The notes: a model not told the origin generated them from the letters alone. Numbered from the stretch's first letter, positions 39,373 to 49,498 are shown. The stretch: 55,941 nucleotides of DNA from Pseudomonadota bacterium (GCA_041178425.1 JBEGVH010000011.1:1-55941); one strand, 5' to 3'. Program-made: numbers and translations.

Positions 39373-39867
39373 TTATTGATTGTGGCCAGAGTTATTATTT
39401 TCGTTCGGATCCGTCGACTGGGTGTTTGCAACTGAAGTCTGATGCCTACAATGAACGCCAACCGAGGCATAGGCATCTCTTAGGAGATTCACTTTTTCGG
39501 ATACGTGCTGGCAACTTAAAATTTGAAGGTCCTTGTTTTGGTAAATTTTGGGTAACTGAGCTCTCTTCAGACAGGCAACCTTTAGATCATCACTGAGTTT
39601 TTGAATCGAAGAAATGGTTTTTCTTGCTAAACATGTTTCCGATAGATCAAACCGCGGTTCAATGCTTTTATAAAGAGGCTCGAAAGAAACGTGTTTGGCG
39701 AACTTTTCAAAGATTGCATCGTAAGATCTGATTTCATCACATGCTTTATGTTTGAAGTGTTCAAAGAGAAGACTTTCTTCTTTAGAGCCCGCTTGGAGGT
39801 TCACACAGAGAAAAATCAGAGGAATGGCTGTAAAGATAATGGGTAAAGAGCGCAGTTTATTCTTCAT
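39373..39867 (-). CDS. Secreted Cys-containing hypothetical protein
   Basis: Signal-peptide-like N-terminus; several Cys. Confidence 0.55.
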   Translation of the reverse strand: MKNKLRSLPIIFTAIPLIFLCVNLQAGSKEESLLFEHFKHKACDEIRSYDAIFEKFAKHVSFEPLYKSIEPRFDLSETCLARKTISSIQKLSDDLKVACLKRAQLPKIYQNKDLQILSCQHVSEKVNLLRDAYASVGVHCRHQTSVANTQSTDPNENNNSGHNQ

Positions 39868-40304
39868 TTCTTGAGGCTCCAAATTGGTTAGCTATTAATT
39901 CAAGGATACATAGAGTTTTCAATTCAGCAAGGTGGCAATCGGTTGAGGAGCCGGTCGTCAATAGGTGAGCAGGTCTTTCGGAGAAACGCTTACCATTTGA
40001 ATGACGACGTTAGCGCGGAAGCTAGAGAATCTTTGTAAGAATCTGTAAAACCCTGAAACTGAAGGCGCCTTAGATTCTCCCTCTGATTAGATTGTAAGCA
40101 AAGATTATTTCAAATTACTTTTCTTTATTTATGAAGCTTTCGAGGTGATTGATGGAGGTTTCTTTAAATGATTTGTGGATAAGTCAGTGGAAGTGGTGAA
40201 CATATCTTGCGATTTTCTTTACGAAACTGAAACGTAATTTGTAAAGAGAGATGCTTTTTTAAGCGACTCAGTATTAAATAGAACTCAATTCTCGGAGGCG
40301 AAGC

Positions 40305-41348
40305 ATGTCGGCAAATGTTTTTGGATCGCGTTTTTCTGTGATGACGTTTGGTGAAAGTCACGGTGCTGGTTTGGGTGTTGTCATCGATGGTTGCCCCGCA
40401 GGAGTTGTTTTTGATCTATCAACCCTTCAAAGAGAATTGCAGCGCCGACGACCGGGTTCTAATTCGGTGAGCAGCCAGGGTCTTGTGAGTGGGCGCAATG
40501 AAGCCGACCAGGTTGAGGTACTTAGTGGTGTTTATGAAGGCCGTACTTTAGGAACTCCCATTGCGATGCTCGTTCGTAATGCGGATCAAAGATCTCAAGA
40601 CTACCATGATATTTTAAATAACCCACGACAAGGTCATGCCGATGATGTTTGGCGTGATAAATTTCTACACTCAGATCATCGTGGTGGAGGGCGCTCCTCC
40701 GGTAGAGAAACTGTTGGCCGAGTTTTGGCTGGCGCAGTGGCAAAAATGCTGGTGACTCAAGTCGCCCCCATATGTGATGTGATGGGCTTTAGTTATAAAA
40801 TTGGTCCCATCACCCTGACGGAGCAAGATTATGATCGTCTAAAGAGTGGCGTTTATCATCCAGAGGATTTCTCTGCACGGTTTCCATCAGAAGCTCATGA
40901 TGAAGTTCGTGAGCTACTGATTCAGGCCCGAGCCGAAGGTGAGAGCTTTGGGGGAATTGCAGAGATCTGGGTGCGAAACCCACCCCCTTCATTAGGGCAA
41001 CCGGTGTTTGCAAAGTTTAAAGCCACACTGGCTCAAGCCATGATGGGTGTTGGTGCTACGGCAGGAGTTGAATTTGGATTAGGTTTTTCTTCGGCGTCAG
41101 AGGCCGGAACTCAGTTTCACTCGGAGGAGTTTCAACAGACTCAATACGGTGGCATTCGTGGGGGCATTACGACGGGCGAGCCCATTTCATTTAAAGTAGC
41201 GTTCAAACCCACTTCGAGCATTCTTGATGTGGCCAAGAAAGGGCGACACGATCCATGCATTGTTATTCGTGCGATTCCCGTTTTAGAAGCAATGACATGG
41301 TTATGTTTGGCCGATCATTTGCTTTGGTCTCGACAAGATCGCGTTTGA
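40305..41348 (+). CDS. aroC: Chorismate synthase
   Basis: TFGESHG, RRRPG, GGGRSSGRET, FKPTSS, GRHDPC. Confidence 0.96.
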   Translation: MSANVFGSRFSVMTFGESHGAGLGVVIDGCPAGVVFDLSTLQRELQRRRPGSNSVSSQGLVSGRNEADQVEVLSGVYEGRTLGTPIAMLVRNADQRSQDYHDILNNPRQGHADDVWRDKFLHSDHRGGGRSSGRETVGRVLAGAVAKMLVTQVAPICDVMGFSYKIGPITLTEQDYDRLKSGVYHPEDFSARFPSEAHDEVRELLIQARAEGESFGGIAEIWVRNPPPSLGQPVFAKFKATLAQAMMGVGATAGVEFGLGFSSASEAGTQFHSEEFQQTQYGGIRGGITTGEPISFKVAFKPTSSILDVAKKGRHDPCIVIRAIPVLEAMTWLCLADHLLWSRQDRV

Positions 41349-41584
41349 ATTTTTTCTAGCTGTTCGATCAGAGCATTGAGATGAGGCGCTTGTCGGATGA
41401 GTGATTCGGGGATTCGAAAGCCGATCTCTTTTTCTAAATTAACGATAATATTATAAAAGTCATAGGAATCGATTTCGACTTGGCCTGAGAGTGGTTTAGT
41501 TAAATCGATTTTTTTAAAATCCACTTCGGGGGCAATACGACGAAAAACATTTTCTATTGTAAGAAGAATCTCAGAATGTTTCAT
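41315..41584 (-). CDS. Acyl carrier protein
   Basis: IDSYD phosphopantetheine Ser motif, helical, IPES; overlaps E2 and convergent aroC. Confidence 0.8.
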   Translation of the reverse strand: MKHSEILLTIENVFRRIAPEVDFKKIDLTKPLSGQVEIDSYDFYNIIVNLEKEIGFRIPESLIRQAPHLNALIEQLEKIQTRSCRDQSK

Positions 41585-42545
41585 CGACGATCACCTCCTC
41601 AACTTTTTTCTTAATCGTTTGCAGAAAGCGCGACCCAGAGAGACCATCGGTCACGCGGTGGTCTGCACTGAGAGTAAGATTGGCCACCATTCCCGTTTGC
41701 CATTTCTCCTGTTTGAGGACTGGTGCTTTGTCGATTTTTCCAATACCAAGGAGCGCCACTTGTGGAGGATAGATGACGCCAAAAACCTCTTCAACACCAA
41801 GGTCGCCAAGGTTAGTAATCGTGAAGGTGGCATCTGAGATTTCACGCGTCCGCAATTTTCCTTTTCGCGTTCTATTGATAAGATCTTTGAATTCAAAATC
41901 AAAAACAGAGAGTGATTTCGAATGGGCTCCCAGGAGGCAAGGAACGAAGAGGCCTTTGTTTCTCACCGAAACCACGAAGCCAAGATTGATTTCGTGTTGA
42001 ACCTCAAACTGATCATTTTGGTAGTAGCCATTCATCTCCGGGTGTTCAATCAGAGCCAAACAAACAATTTTTGCAAAAACCGAGGGTAGCAACAGTCGAT
42101 CATCAGCAGAACGATCGAGGTTATAGCGATCCATAAAATCAATAAGGCCATCAAACTTAACCGTCGTTTTTAAGTAGTAGTGTGGGATTTCTCGCTTAGA
42201 GCGACCCATGGCCTTTGCGATGGCGCCACGAAAATCCACTAAAGAAGTTACTTCTTCGGCTACAGTAGAATGCAACAATGGAGTTGGCAGCACTTGTAAC
42301 GGGTCTTCGATTTCATTTAAGGTCGCCATTTTTTCACCAACAGATATTATTTGTGAGGGTTGAACGTCGAGACTCGAAACAAAACCTTCCTTGAAGCTTT
42401 CCATTTCGAACGACGCCTTTTTGGTTTCTATTTCTGCAACGATTTGTCCTTTTGTAACATGGTCCCCGACTTTGATGTTCCAGCGGACAAGTTTGCCTTC
42501 GGTCATGTCGGCTCCCAGTGAAGGCATTGTAATGTATTGGTTCAT
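41571..42545 (-). CDS. Dihydrolipoamide acyltransferase (E2), short form
   Basis: Lipoyl domain MPSLGADM...IETKKA; catalytic TITNLG and DHRVTDG. Confidence 0.9.
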   Translation of the reverse strand: MNQYITMPSLGADMTEGKLVRWNIKVGDHVTKGQIVAEIETKKASFEMESFKEGFVSSLDVQPSQIISVGEKMATLNEIEDPLQVLPTPLLHSTVAEEVTSLVDFRGAIAKAMGRSKREIPHYYLKTTVKFDGLIDFMDRYNLDRSADDRLLLPSVFAKIVCLALIEHPEMNGYYQNDQFEVQHEINLGFVVSVRNKGLFVPCLLGAHSKSLSVFDFEFKDLINRTRKGKLRTREISDATFTITNLGDLGVEEVFGVIYPPQVALLGIGKIDKAPVLKQEKWQTGMVANLTLSADHRVTDGLSGSRFLQTIKKKVEEVIVDETF

Positions 42546-43513
42546 TTGAGCATCTCCCTTGCTGCCAATTCTATGCCCTCCTCTTGGGGAAGAGTGAGGT
42601 CTTCAAGATGTTTACTGTAGGGCACTGGAACCTCCTTTTTTCCAATTCGCAAGATGGGGCATTTGAGCGAATCAAAAAATTTCTCTGCCACTCGAATTCC
42701 AATTTCTGCAGAGAGGTTTCCTGTTAGCCAACCTTCATCAACTAATAAAAGTCGATGAGTTTTTTTTACCGATTCGAAGACCAATTCTAGTTGAAGAGGG
42801 CGCAATATTCTAAGATCGATGACTTCAAGAGAGAGGTTTTGTTTTTCTAATTTGTCAGCGACGGCCAGGCATTTTTTGACGTTAGCGCCAAAACTCACGA
42901 CCGTGATTTGATCGCCGGTCTTTCGAATGTTGCTGGAAAAAAGGGAATAAGAGGTGTTCTTTTCTGGAAGCTCATCTTCGTCGTTTAACAATTGCGCATG
43001 TTCGACCATAAGCACGGGATTCTGTTCACGAAGAGCAAACTCTAAACTATAGCGAGCATCTTCAATGCTCGATGGGGCAAAGATAATGAGGCCAGGAATA
43101 TGGGCAAACCATCCTTCAAATGAGTTTGAGTGCTGGGCACCTAACTGTCGGCCGGCACCGGTGGTCATTCGTAAAATGAGAGGAACTGCTAATTGGCCTC
43201 CCGACATATGGTGCATAAAAGCTGCCGAATTAATAATTTGATCAAGAGCCAATAAACTAAAATTGATCGTCATAATTTCAACAATCGGATGCAGGCCACC
43301 AAGTGCAGCGCCTATACCAGCCCCCACAAAGCCAGCCTCCGAGAGGGGAGTATCACGAACGCGATGAGGTCCGAACTCTTTGAGAAGCCCTTTACTGACG
43401 GCATAGCTTCCGCCGTAAGCGCCGACGTCCTCACCAATAAGGAAGGTGTTGGGGTTCTTCGTGAGGGCCTCTCTAAGACCAAGTTTGAGAGCTTCTCGGT
43501 AGGAGATTCTCAT
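42542..43513 (-). CDS. pdhB: 2-oxoacid dehydrogenase E1 beta
   Basis: GEDVG, DTPLSE, GAQHS, IDLR. Confidence 0.92.
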   Translation of the reverse strand: MRISYREALKLGLREALTKNPNTFLIGEDVGAYGGSYAVSKGLLKEFGPHRVRDTPLSEAGFVGAGIGAALGGLHPIVEIMTINFSLLALDQIINSAAFMHHMSGGQLAVPLILRMTTGAGRQLGAQHSNSFEGWFAHIPGLIIFAPSSIEDARYSLEFALREQNPVLMVEHAQLLNDEDELPEKNTSYSLFSSNIRKTGDQITVVSFGANVKKCLAVADKLEKQNLSLEVIDLRILRPLQLELVFESVKKTHRLLLVDEGWLTGNLSAEIGIRVAEKFFDSLKCPILRIGKKEVPVPYSKHLEDLTLPQEEGIELAAREMLK

Positions 43514-44520
43514 AATCCATCTCCCGCATACACAAATTGATAGAGGTCTTCTGGAGATTCAAACGGAGAGGCTTCGGCAAACGTTTTGGCATCACTGAGT
43601 TCGTCTTGAATACCTTTTTCAATGGCCAATAGTTTTTCATTATTAAGAAGGCCCTTTTGTCGGAGGGTTTTCTTTTTTTGTTCGATAGGGCATCGCTGCT
43701 TCCACTGAAGAACTTCTTCTTTGCTTCGGTATAAATCCGGATCAAACATCGAATGCGCACGAAAACGATAGGTTTTTAACTCTAAAAAAAACGGCCCCTT
43801 GTTTTCTTGCATCCAAAATAGTGCTTGTCGTGTGCCATTGACAACGGCATCAACGTCCATTCCATCAACGGAGAGCCCTTGAATTTTATAGCTCTTTGCT
43901 TTTTCAACTAAATTTGTTTGAGATTGTGCGCGTTCAATAGCGGTTCCCATACCGTAAAAATTATTTTCACAACAAAATAAAACGGGAAGTTTCCAGAGGG
44001 CTGCCAGATTCAATGACTCATGAAACTGACCTTCGGCCACGGCACCATCACCAAAAAAACAAAAAGTAATGCGATCCTCTCCAAGCCACTCAGAGGCAAG
44101 TGCGAGCCCAACCGCATGGGGGAGGCCTGCTCCGACGATGGCTTGTCCGCCGAAGAATCGATGCTCTTTTGAAAAGAGATGCATCGAGCCGCCTCGGCCT
44201 CGGCAGCATCCCGTTCGTTTACCGAACATTTCGGCTAAGATCGAACGAGCAGAGAGCCCCTTGAGGAGGGCGTGACCGTGCTCACGGTAAGTCGCAATCA
44301 CATTATCTTTTGCCCTCGCTTGCGAAAGGACTCCGGTGGCGACAGCTTCTTCGCCAATATAGAGATGTAAAAAACCACGAATTTTTTCTTGAGTATAGAG
44401 TTCTGCGCAAAGTTCCTCGAGCCTTCGAATTCGAAGCATATTTTTGAAGAGACCTAGCTCGAACGGTTCGTCAAAAGAGTTTGGAAAGTGAACTGTAATT
44501 TCGGGTTTTAGTTTTTTCAT
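43510..44520 (-). CDS. pdhA: 2-oxoacid dehydrogenase E1 alpha
   Basis: GFLHLYIGEEA, GRGGSMH, GDGA...NN TPP motif, YRFRAHSM. Confidence 0.92.
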   Translation of the reverse strand: MKKLKPEITVHFPNSFDEPFELGLFKNMLRIRRLEELCAELYTQEKIRGFLHLYIGEEAVATGVLSQARAKDNVIATYREHGHALLKGLSARSILAEMFGKRTGCCRGRGGSMHLFSKEHRFFGGQAIVGAGLPHAVGLALASEWLGEDRITFCFFGDGAVAEGQFHESLNLAALWKLPVLFCCENNFYGMGTAIERAQSQTNLVEKAKSYKIQGLSVDGMDVDAVVNGTRQALFWMQENKGPFFLELKTYRFRAHSMFDPDLYRSKEEVLQWKQRCPIEQKKKTLRQKGLLNNEKLLAIEKGIQDELSDAKTFAEASPFESPEDLYQFVYAGDGL

Positions 44521-46271
44521 GGGTTCATTTCCAGAGTTGAGGTGTCGCCCTCAGGCAGGCCGAGCTCTCGGGCGCGCAAAAGTCGCCTCATGATTTTTCC
44601 GCTACGAGTTTTTGGGAGACTCGGTAAAAAACCAATACTTCGCGGAGCCACGGCAGGCCCTAAACGTGTTCTTGTTAAACGGAGAATTTCAATTCCCAGA
44701 TTGTCGGAGGGTGTGGCTGACTTTTTTAATGAAACAAACGCTTTGACCACCTCACCGGCAATCGGATCGGGAACGCCAATCACACCCGCTTCAGCAACGA
44801 GAGGGTGTTCTAGTATTGCACTTTCTACTTCGAAGGGGCCGATGAGATGTCCGGACGATTTAATCACATCATCGCTGCGTCCGACGAACCAATAATATCC
44901 GTCTTCATCAAAGGTGGCTAAGTCTCCCGAGAGGTACCAATCACCATGAAAACATTTTCGGTAGCGCTCTTCGTCGTTTAAATAAGAGAGAAACAGAGCG
45001 GGCCAATCACGATGAATTGCAATTTCACCTCGTTCGTGGGGCTTAGTAATAAATTCGATCGCTCCGTTGGGTCGTCGGCGCATGAGTCTGACTTGAAGTC
45101 CGGGGAGTGGTTTTCCCATCGATCCAGGCTTTACTTTAGTATTTGGAAGATTCGCAATAATGATTCCTCCAGTTTCCGTTTGCCACCAGTTATCATGGAT
45201 AGTGAATTTGAGATTTTTTTCAGCCCATAGTATAACTTCTCGGTTGAGTGGTTCACCAACGCTTGCAACGAAGCGGACCGAATCCAAATTAAATTGTTGA
45301 GGAAGGTCTTCGCCCTGTTGCATGAGCATGCGTAGAGCCGTGGGGGCTGTGTACCAAACGGTGACTTTAAAATCTTGGAGAATGCGATACCACCGTTCTG
45401 CCTCGAATTCGGCCTCATCAACAATCGAGGTGATTCCGTTTAGAAGGGGAGAGATCACTCCATAAGACATTCCCGTCACCCAGCCAGGGTCAGCGGTGCA
45501 CCAAAAAGTATCGTTACTCTCAAAGTCCAAGGCCATGGGCCCAGAATGAAGATGAAAGATCGTAGCACCGTGAGTGTGAAGCGCCCCCTTGGGTTGGCCC
45601 GTAGTACCGCTCGTGAAATGCAACAGGGCAGGGGTTTTTTCATCCGTTTTTTCAATGAATTGATCAGACCACCAATAGCTCATGTCGCTCTCATGCCAAT
45701 CAAAATGCAGATCGCCCTCAGCCTCTTCGAGCAGTGTATAAAAATCAATGGCTCCAGGAATACCCTTGCCCTCTTCGGAATCATCCAAGAGCACAATATG
45801 TTCGAGGCTGGTGAGTTGATCTCGAATTGGGGCAATCTTTTTTTTATATAGAGAGGTGAGAGTAAATAGAACTCGGCCCTGGCCTTTGTTAAGGCGGGTA
45901 AGAATGGGCTCCGGGCCAAAAGCCGAAAAAAGCGGGGCAAAGACCGTTCCTCTTTTGAGCGAACCAATCGCTGTCACATAAAACTCAGGTAGGCGCGGAC
46001 AAAGCGAAAAAACCACATCGCCCTTTTTTATGCCGAGTCGTTGGAGAGCATAGGAAAACAGATGACTGTGCTTATCGATTTGAAAGAAAGAGTAATCGTG
46101 AAAGGCCTGCCGGAAGTGAGGCCAATCTTTTTTTACAAATCGCAGTGCTGTTTTAAAATAGATCTCGGTGCCTCGATGGGCAGATGTGGCAGCCCATCCC
46201 ATATTGATGAAGCCACTGTTGGTCTTCAGATATCGCTTTAGCTCGTTCTCCCAAGACCATTCGACCGCCAT
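44517..46271 (-). CDS. acsA: Acetate/acyl-CoA ligase
   Basis: FTSGTTGQPKG, DNWWQTE, SGD, GRSDD, PKTRSGKIMRR; GGAGG RBS before ATG 46271. Confidence 0.9.
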   Translation of the reverse strand: MAVEWSWENELKRYLKTNSGFINMGWAATSAHRGTEIYFKTALRFVKKDWPHFRQAFHDYSFFQIDKHSHLFSYALQRLGIKKGDVVFSLCPRLPEFYVTAIGSLKRGTVFAPLFSAFGPEPILTRLNKGQGRVLFTLTSLYKKKIAPIRDQLTSLEHIVLLDDSEEGKGIPGAIDFYTLLEEAEGDLHFDWHESDMSYWWSDQFIEKTDEKTPALLHFTSGTTGQPKGALHTHGATIFHLHSGPMALDFESNDTFWCTADPGWVTGMSYGVISPLLNGITSIVDEAEFEAERWYRILQDFKVTVWYTAPTALRMLMQQGEDLPQQFNLDSVRFVASVGEPLNREVILWAEKNLKFTIHDNWWQTETGGIIIANLPNTKVKPGSMGKPLPGLQVRLMRRRPNGAIEFITKPHERGEIAIHRDWPALFLSYLNDEERYRKCFHGDWYLSGDLATFDEDGYYWFVGRSDDVIKSSGHLIGPFEVESAILEHPLVAEAGVIGVPDPIAGEVVKAFVSLKKSATPSDNLGIEILRLTRTRLGPAVAPRSIGFLPSLPKTRSGKIMRRLLRARELGLPEGDTSTLEMNP

Positions 46272-46455
46272 CGTCTGCCCCCTCCGGTTTTTTGGATAAG
46301 GCAAAAAGTAGTGGGGTATAGGTTTTTAAACAAACGCCGCAGGCGAAAGAGGAACATTCCGACCAGGGCGGGGCAAAGAAATGTGACAGCTTGACCACTG
46401 AACCCTGAGAAGCCTGCAAGTTTTCTTAATTGGAGAAAAAAGCGATGACACAAAT

Positions 46456-46483
46456 AAAAAAACCAACCTCATCGGTTGGTTTT
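46456..46483 (-). terminator. Terminator after tRNA-Ser
   Basis: AAAACCAACC/GGTTGGTTTT stem plus T-run. Confidence 0.65.
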
Positions 46484-46494
46484 AAATATTTAAG

Positions 46495-46584
46495 TGGCGG
46501 AGAGAGTGGGATTCGAACCCACGGACCCCGCGAAGGGTCGCCAGTTTTCAAGACTGGTGTTTTCAACCGCTCAACCATCTCTCC
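46495..46584 (-). tRNA. tRNA-Ser (anticodon TGA)
   Basis: GGAGAGA acceptor, anticodon arm CCAGT-CTTGAAA-ACTGG, long variable arm, GGTTCGAATCC, GCCA end; 90 nt. Confidence 0.97.
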
Positions 46585-46719
46585 GTCGACCGTTTTACGA
46601 AAATCTACGCAGCGGGGCAATCTCTTTTTTTACTCATTTTGCGAATTATGTCGGAGAGACGCATTTTGTCGAGGGAGTGAATCCCTAAGAGGGGGAGATC
46701 AACCGCATGAAATTGCCAT

Positions 46720-46754
46720 AAAAAAAGGCCAGGGAGTTAATCCCTGGCCTTTTT
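46720..46754. terminator. Bidirectional terminator after flagellin
   Basis: A-run GGCCAGGGA/TCCCTGGCC T-run. Confidence 0.85.
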
Positions 46755-46767
46755 GTTTTTTAGGTTA

Positions 46768-47601
46768 TTAACCGAGCAATTTCAGAGCTAACTGCTGACT
46801 ATTGTTGGCCTGTGATAAGATGCTCACAGCGGCTTGCTGGAGGATCGAATTTCGGACCAGTTCGCTCGATTCCGCAGCGATGTCAGTGTCTCGTACTCGT
46901 GAATTGGCGGCTGAAAAATTTTCCTCAGTCACACTTAAGTTATTAGTCGTTGAGGCCAATCTGTTCTGCATGGCTCCAAAGTTGGCTCTAATCGCATTAA
47001 CCGAGACGAGGGCATCGTCGATGGCATTAATGCTCTTTTGAGCTGTAAACTTAGAGGCCACGTTTTCAGATAAAATACCGAGCGCTTCTAAGGTCGTATT
47101 GGCAGCAGAGGCATTAAAAGAAATCCGGTCTTCAAAAGGGTCGTTTTGGGTACCCACCTGAATGTCCATCACTCCGGCACTTCCATTCAACAATTCATAT
47201 CCGTTGAAAGATGTGTTTTCTGCAATACGCTGAATCTCCGACTTTAGCTGCTGATATTCCACATCGATAAATTTACGTTCGGTGTCACCTAGAGTGTCAG
47301 ATGAGGCTTGGATTGAGAGTTCTCTCAGTCTCACAATCATGTTGGAGACTTCGTTCAAGCTTCCTTCCGCCACTTGCACCATGGAAATACCATCCTGAGC
47401 ATTTCTGCTTGCTTGGCGAAGTCCTCGAATCTGTGCTTTTAGATTTTCGGAGATTGCTAAGCCGGCAGCATCGTCAGCCGCTTGGTTGATTCTGTATCCA
47501 GAACTCAAGCGTGCCATCGATCGTTCCATTTGGATGTTATTACCCCACATATTTCGTCGAGCGTTTATAGCACCAACGTTTGTTCCTATTCTTAAACCCA
47601 T
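46768..47601 (-). CDS. fliC: Flagellin (277 aa)
   Basis: RLSSGYRINQAADDAAGLAISE...RANFGAMQNR...SRVRDTD. Confidence 0.97.
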   Translation of the reverse strand: MGLRIGTNVGAINARRNMWGNNIQMERSMARLSSGYRINQAADDAAGLAISENLKAQIRGLRQASRNAQDGISMVQVAEGSLNEVSNMIVRLRELSIQASSDTLGDTERKFIDVEYQQLKSEIQRIAENTSFNGYELLNGSAGVMDIQVGTQNDPFEDRISFNASAANTTLEALGILSENVASKFTAQKSINAIDDALVSVNAIRANFGAMQNRLASTTNNLSVTEENFSAANSRVRDTDIAAESSELVRNSILQQAAVSILSQANNSQQLALKLLG

Positions 47602-48564
47602 TCCTATCCTCCTTGCATGGCTGAATCCTCCTTGATAAGTGCCATCCGATTGGCGAACAGAAGCATTCTGCTTCTGAGGTTTAAGATAATAAAACTTAGT
47701 CTCGGATTTCTCCGAAAAAAGACTTTACTATCCCATGATTAAATCGGCTCAAAATGAGATGATCTCGAGTCTAGAAGTATTTTTTCGTAGTCCAGATTTT
47801 TTTGGGATTTTTTATAAAATAAGAAAGGAAATGGCAGAAATGTTTCGCGGATAAATAAGACCGCGTGCCACAAAACTAAATTCAAAAACTCATACTCACG
47901 AACGCCAAATAAGGGAGGATAAAAAACCTCTACCGTTCGCAATAAAAAAACAAATCTATGATTCCTCTGCGAAGCAGATTCATCACGTTTATCTCACTTC
48001 ACCCCAATGAATGCCCAAAATAAGCACCAATCTTGTTCGATGAGAAACTATATAGCCCTATTACGAGCCTCTTTTTAAAAATAAAGTTCTGCATTGGAAA
48101 TACCTTTGAAAGTATCGCCATTCACTCTTTTGGAGTTCAAACACTACTGTTTCTAGAGCCGAAGTGCATGGGCACTCGAATTTAGAGATCCAGAGAGTTT
48201 GCAAAACAACATAATATCTTACTCGCAGGCCAAACGATGCTAACTGACGTTAACAGAGCTGGAGCGGGACATAACACAACCACAACCTTCTTGCGTACCA
48301 AGATTCTTCTCACGCGAGTGCCATGGGCGCTCTTGTAGAGTGATCACCTAGTGCTTCTGCAGCTTTTCTAATTCCTTGAGTAAGGATTAGAAGGGGTCAT
48401 ACTGAGTCAAAGTATGACCCCAGTTGCAGGAAACAGAACATGTGTTCAGCAAAAACAGGCAGACGCTAACTGAACTTCGGGGGGCGATAGATAAGTATCG
48501 CGAACCGTGGACTTAGTAAGGTCTAGTTACACTAATTCATCATTAGTGTTGGAATATTACTTCA

Positions 48565-49413
48565 CTAGCCTTGCATAGTCCTATTCAGTAGAGACAGTGC
48601 AGAGTTTGCCGATTGGTTAGCTTGCGCTAGAACCGCGGTACCGGCCTGGAGCAAGATATTATTTTTGGTATATTCACTGGTTTCTTCAGCGACATCGACA
48701 TCACGGATGCGCGAGTTCGCAGAAGCCATGTTTTCTAAGCTCACTTGGAGATTGCCAACGACCGATTGGAGTCGGTTTTGGATCGCACCGAAGTCGGCGC
48801 GCATCGCAGAAACGCTCACAATAGCTTGGTCAATCGATGCGAGTGCGTTTTGCGCAGACGCTTTGTCTGCAACGCTCGAGAGATTCACACCCAGCGCTGC
48901 TGAGTTTGCATCCGCTCTTGAAGCATCGAATGAGATACGGTCGATCTCAGGGTTATTTCGCGTACCGACTTGGAAATCCAAGATGGCGCCTACTCCGGAG
49001 AGTAGCTGAGTTCCGTTAAACTCAGTGCCGTCAGCGATACGGTCAATTTCCGAGATGAGCTGATCGTATTCCACGTTGAGAAACTGCCGCTCAACTGGTC
49101 CGATCGTGTCTGAGGCAGCTTGGACGCCGAGTTCTCGTAATCGTATGAGGATAGAACTGATTTCATTCAGTCCACCTTCTGCTACTTGTACGAGAGATAT
49201 ACCGTCTTGAGCGTTTCTCGAAGCTTGCTTGAGTCCACGTATGGATGCTCTCAAGTTTTCCGAGATTGCTAGACCGGCGGCATCGTCACCTGCGCGGTTG
49301 ATCCTAAAGCCAGACGATAGTCGTTCTAAACTTCTATCGAGGCCCTGCCTTGTTCCCCACATGGTACGTTGGGCATTCAACGCAGCCGTGTTGGTATTTA
49401 TACGCAAACCCAT
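48565..49413 (-). CDS. fliC: Flagellin (282 aa)
   Basis: RLSSGFRINRAGDDAAGLAISE...SRIRDVD; start ATG 49413 after GGAGG. Confidence 0.97.
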   Translation of the reverse strand: MGLRINTNTAALNAQRTMWGTRQGLDRSLERLSSGFRINRAGDDAAGLAISENLRASIRGLKQASRNAQDGISLVQVAEGGLNEISSILIRLRELGVQAASDTIGPVERQFLNVEYDQLISEIDRIADGTEFNGTQLLSGVGAILDFQVGTRNNPEIDRISFDASRADANSAALGVNLSSVADKASAQNALASIDQAIVSVSAMRADFGAIQNRLQSVVGNLQVSLENMASANSRIRDVDVAEETSEYTKNNILLQAGTAVLAQANQSANSALSLLNRTMQG

Positions 49414-49498
49414 AAGTCCTCCTCCTTGAAGATTCTCCAGAAGCATCCTTGCTTCCGTAGGGGTCTCTTAAACCCAATGGGTAATTAATCTTGATTAC

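Noticed and set aside
41300..46584. acs-PDH-ACP cassette as an integrative element at tRNA-Ser
   Set aside because: No integrase and no duplicated tRNA 3' end seen at the aroC side; acquisition remains possible but unsupported
46426..46771. ORFs of 64-113 aa over the tRNA
   Set aside because: Overlap tRNA-Ser; typical spurious tRNA translations
47854..47870. Sigma54 site TGGCACG upstream of flagellin
   Set aside because: No -12 GC at the required spacing
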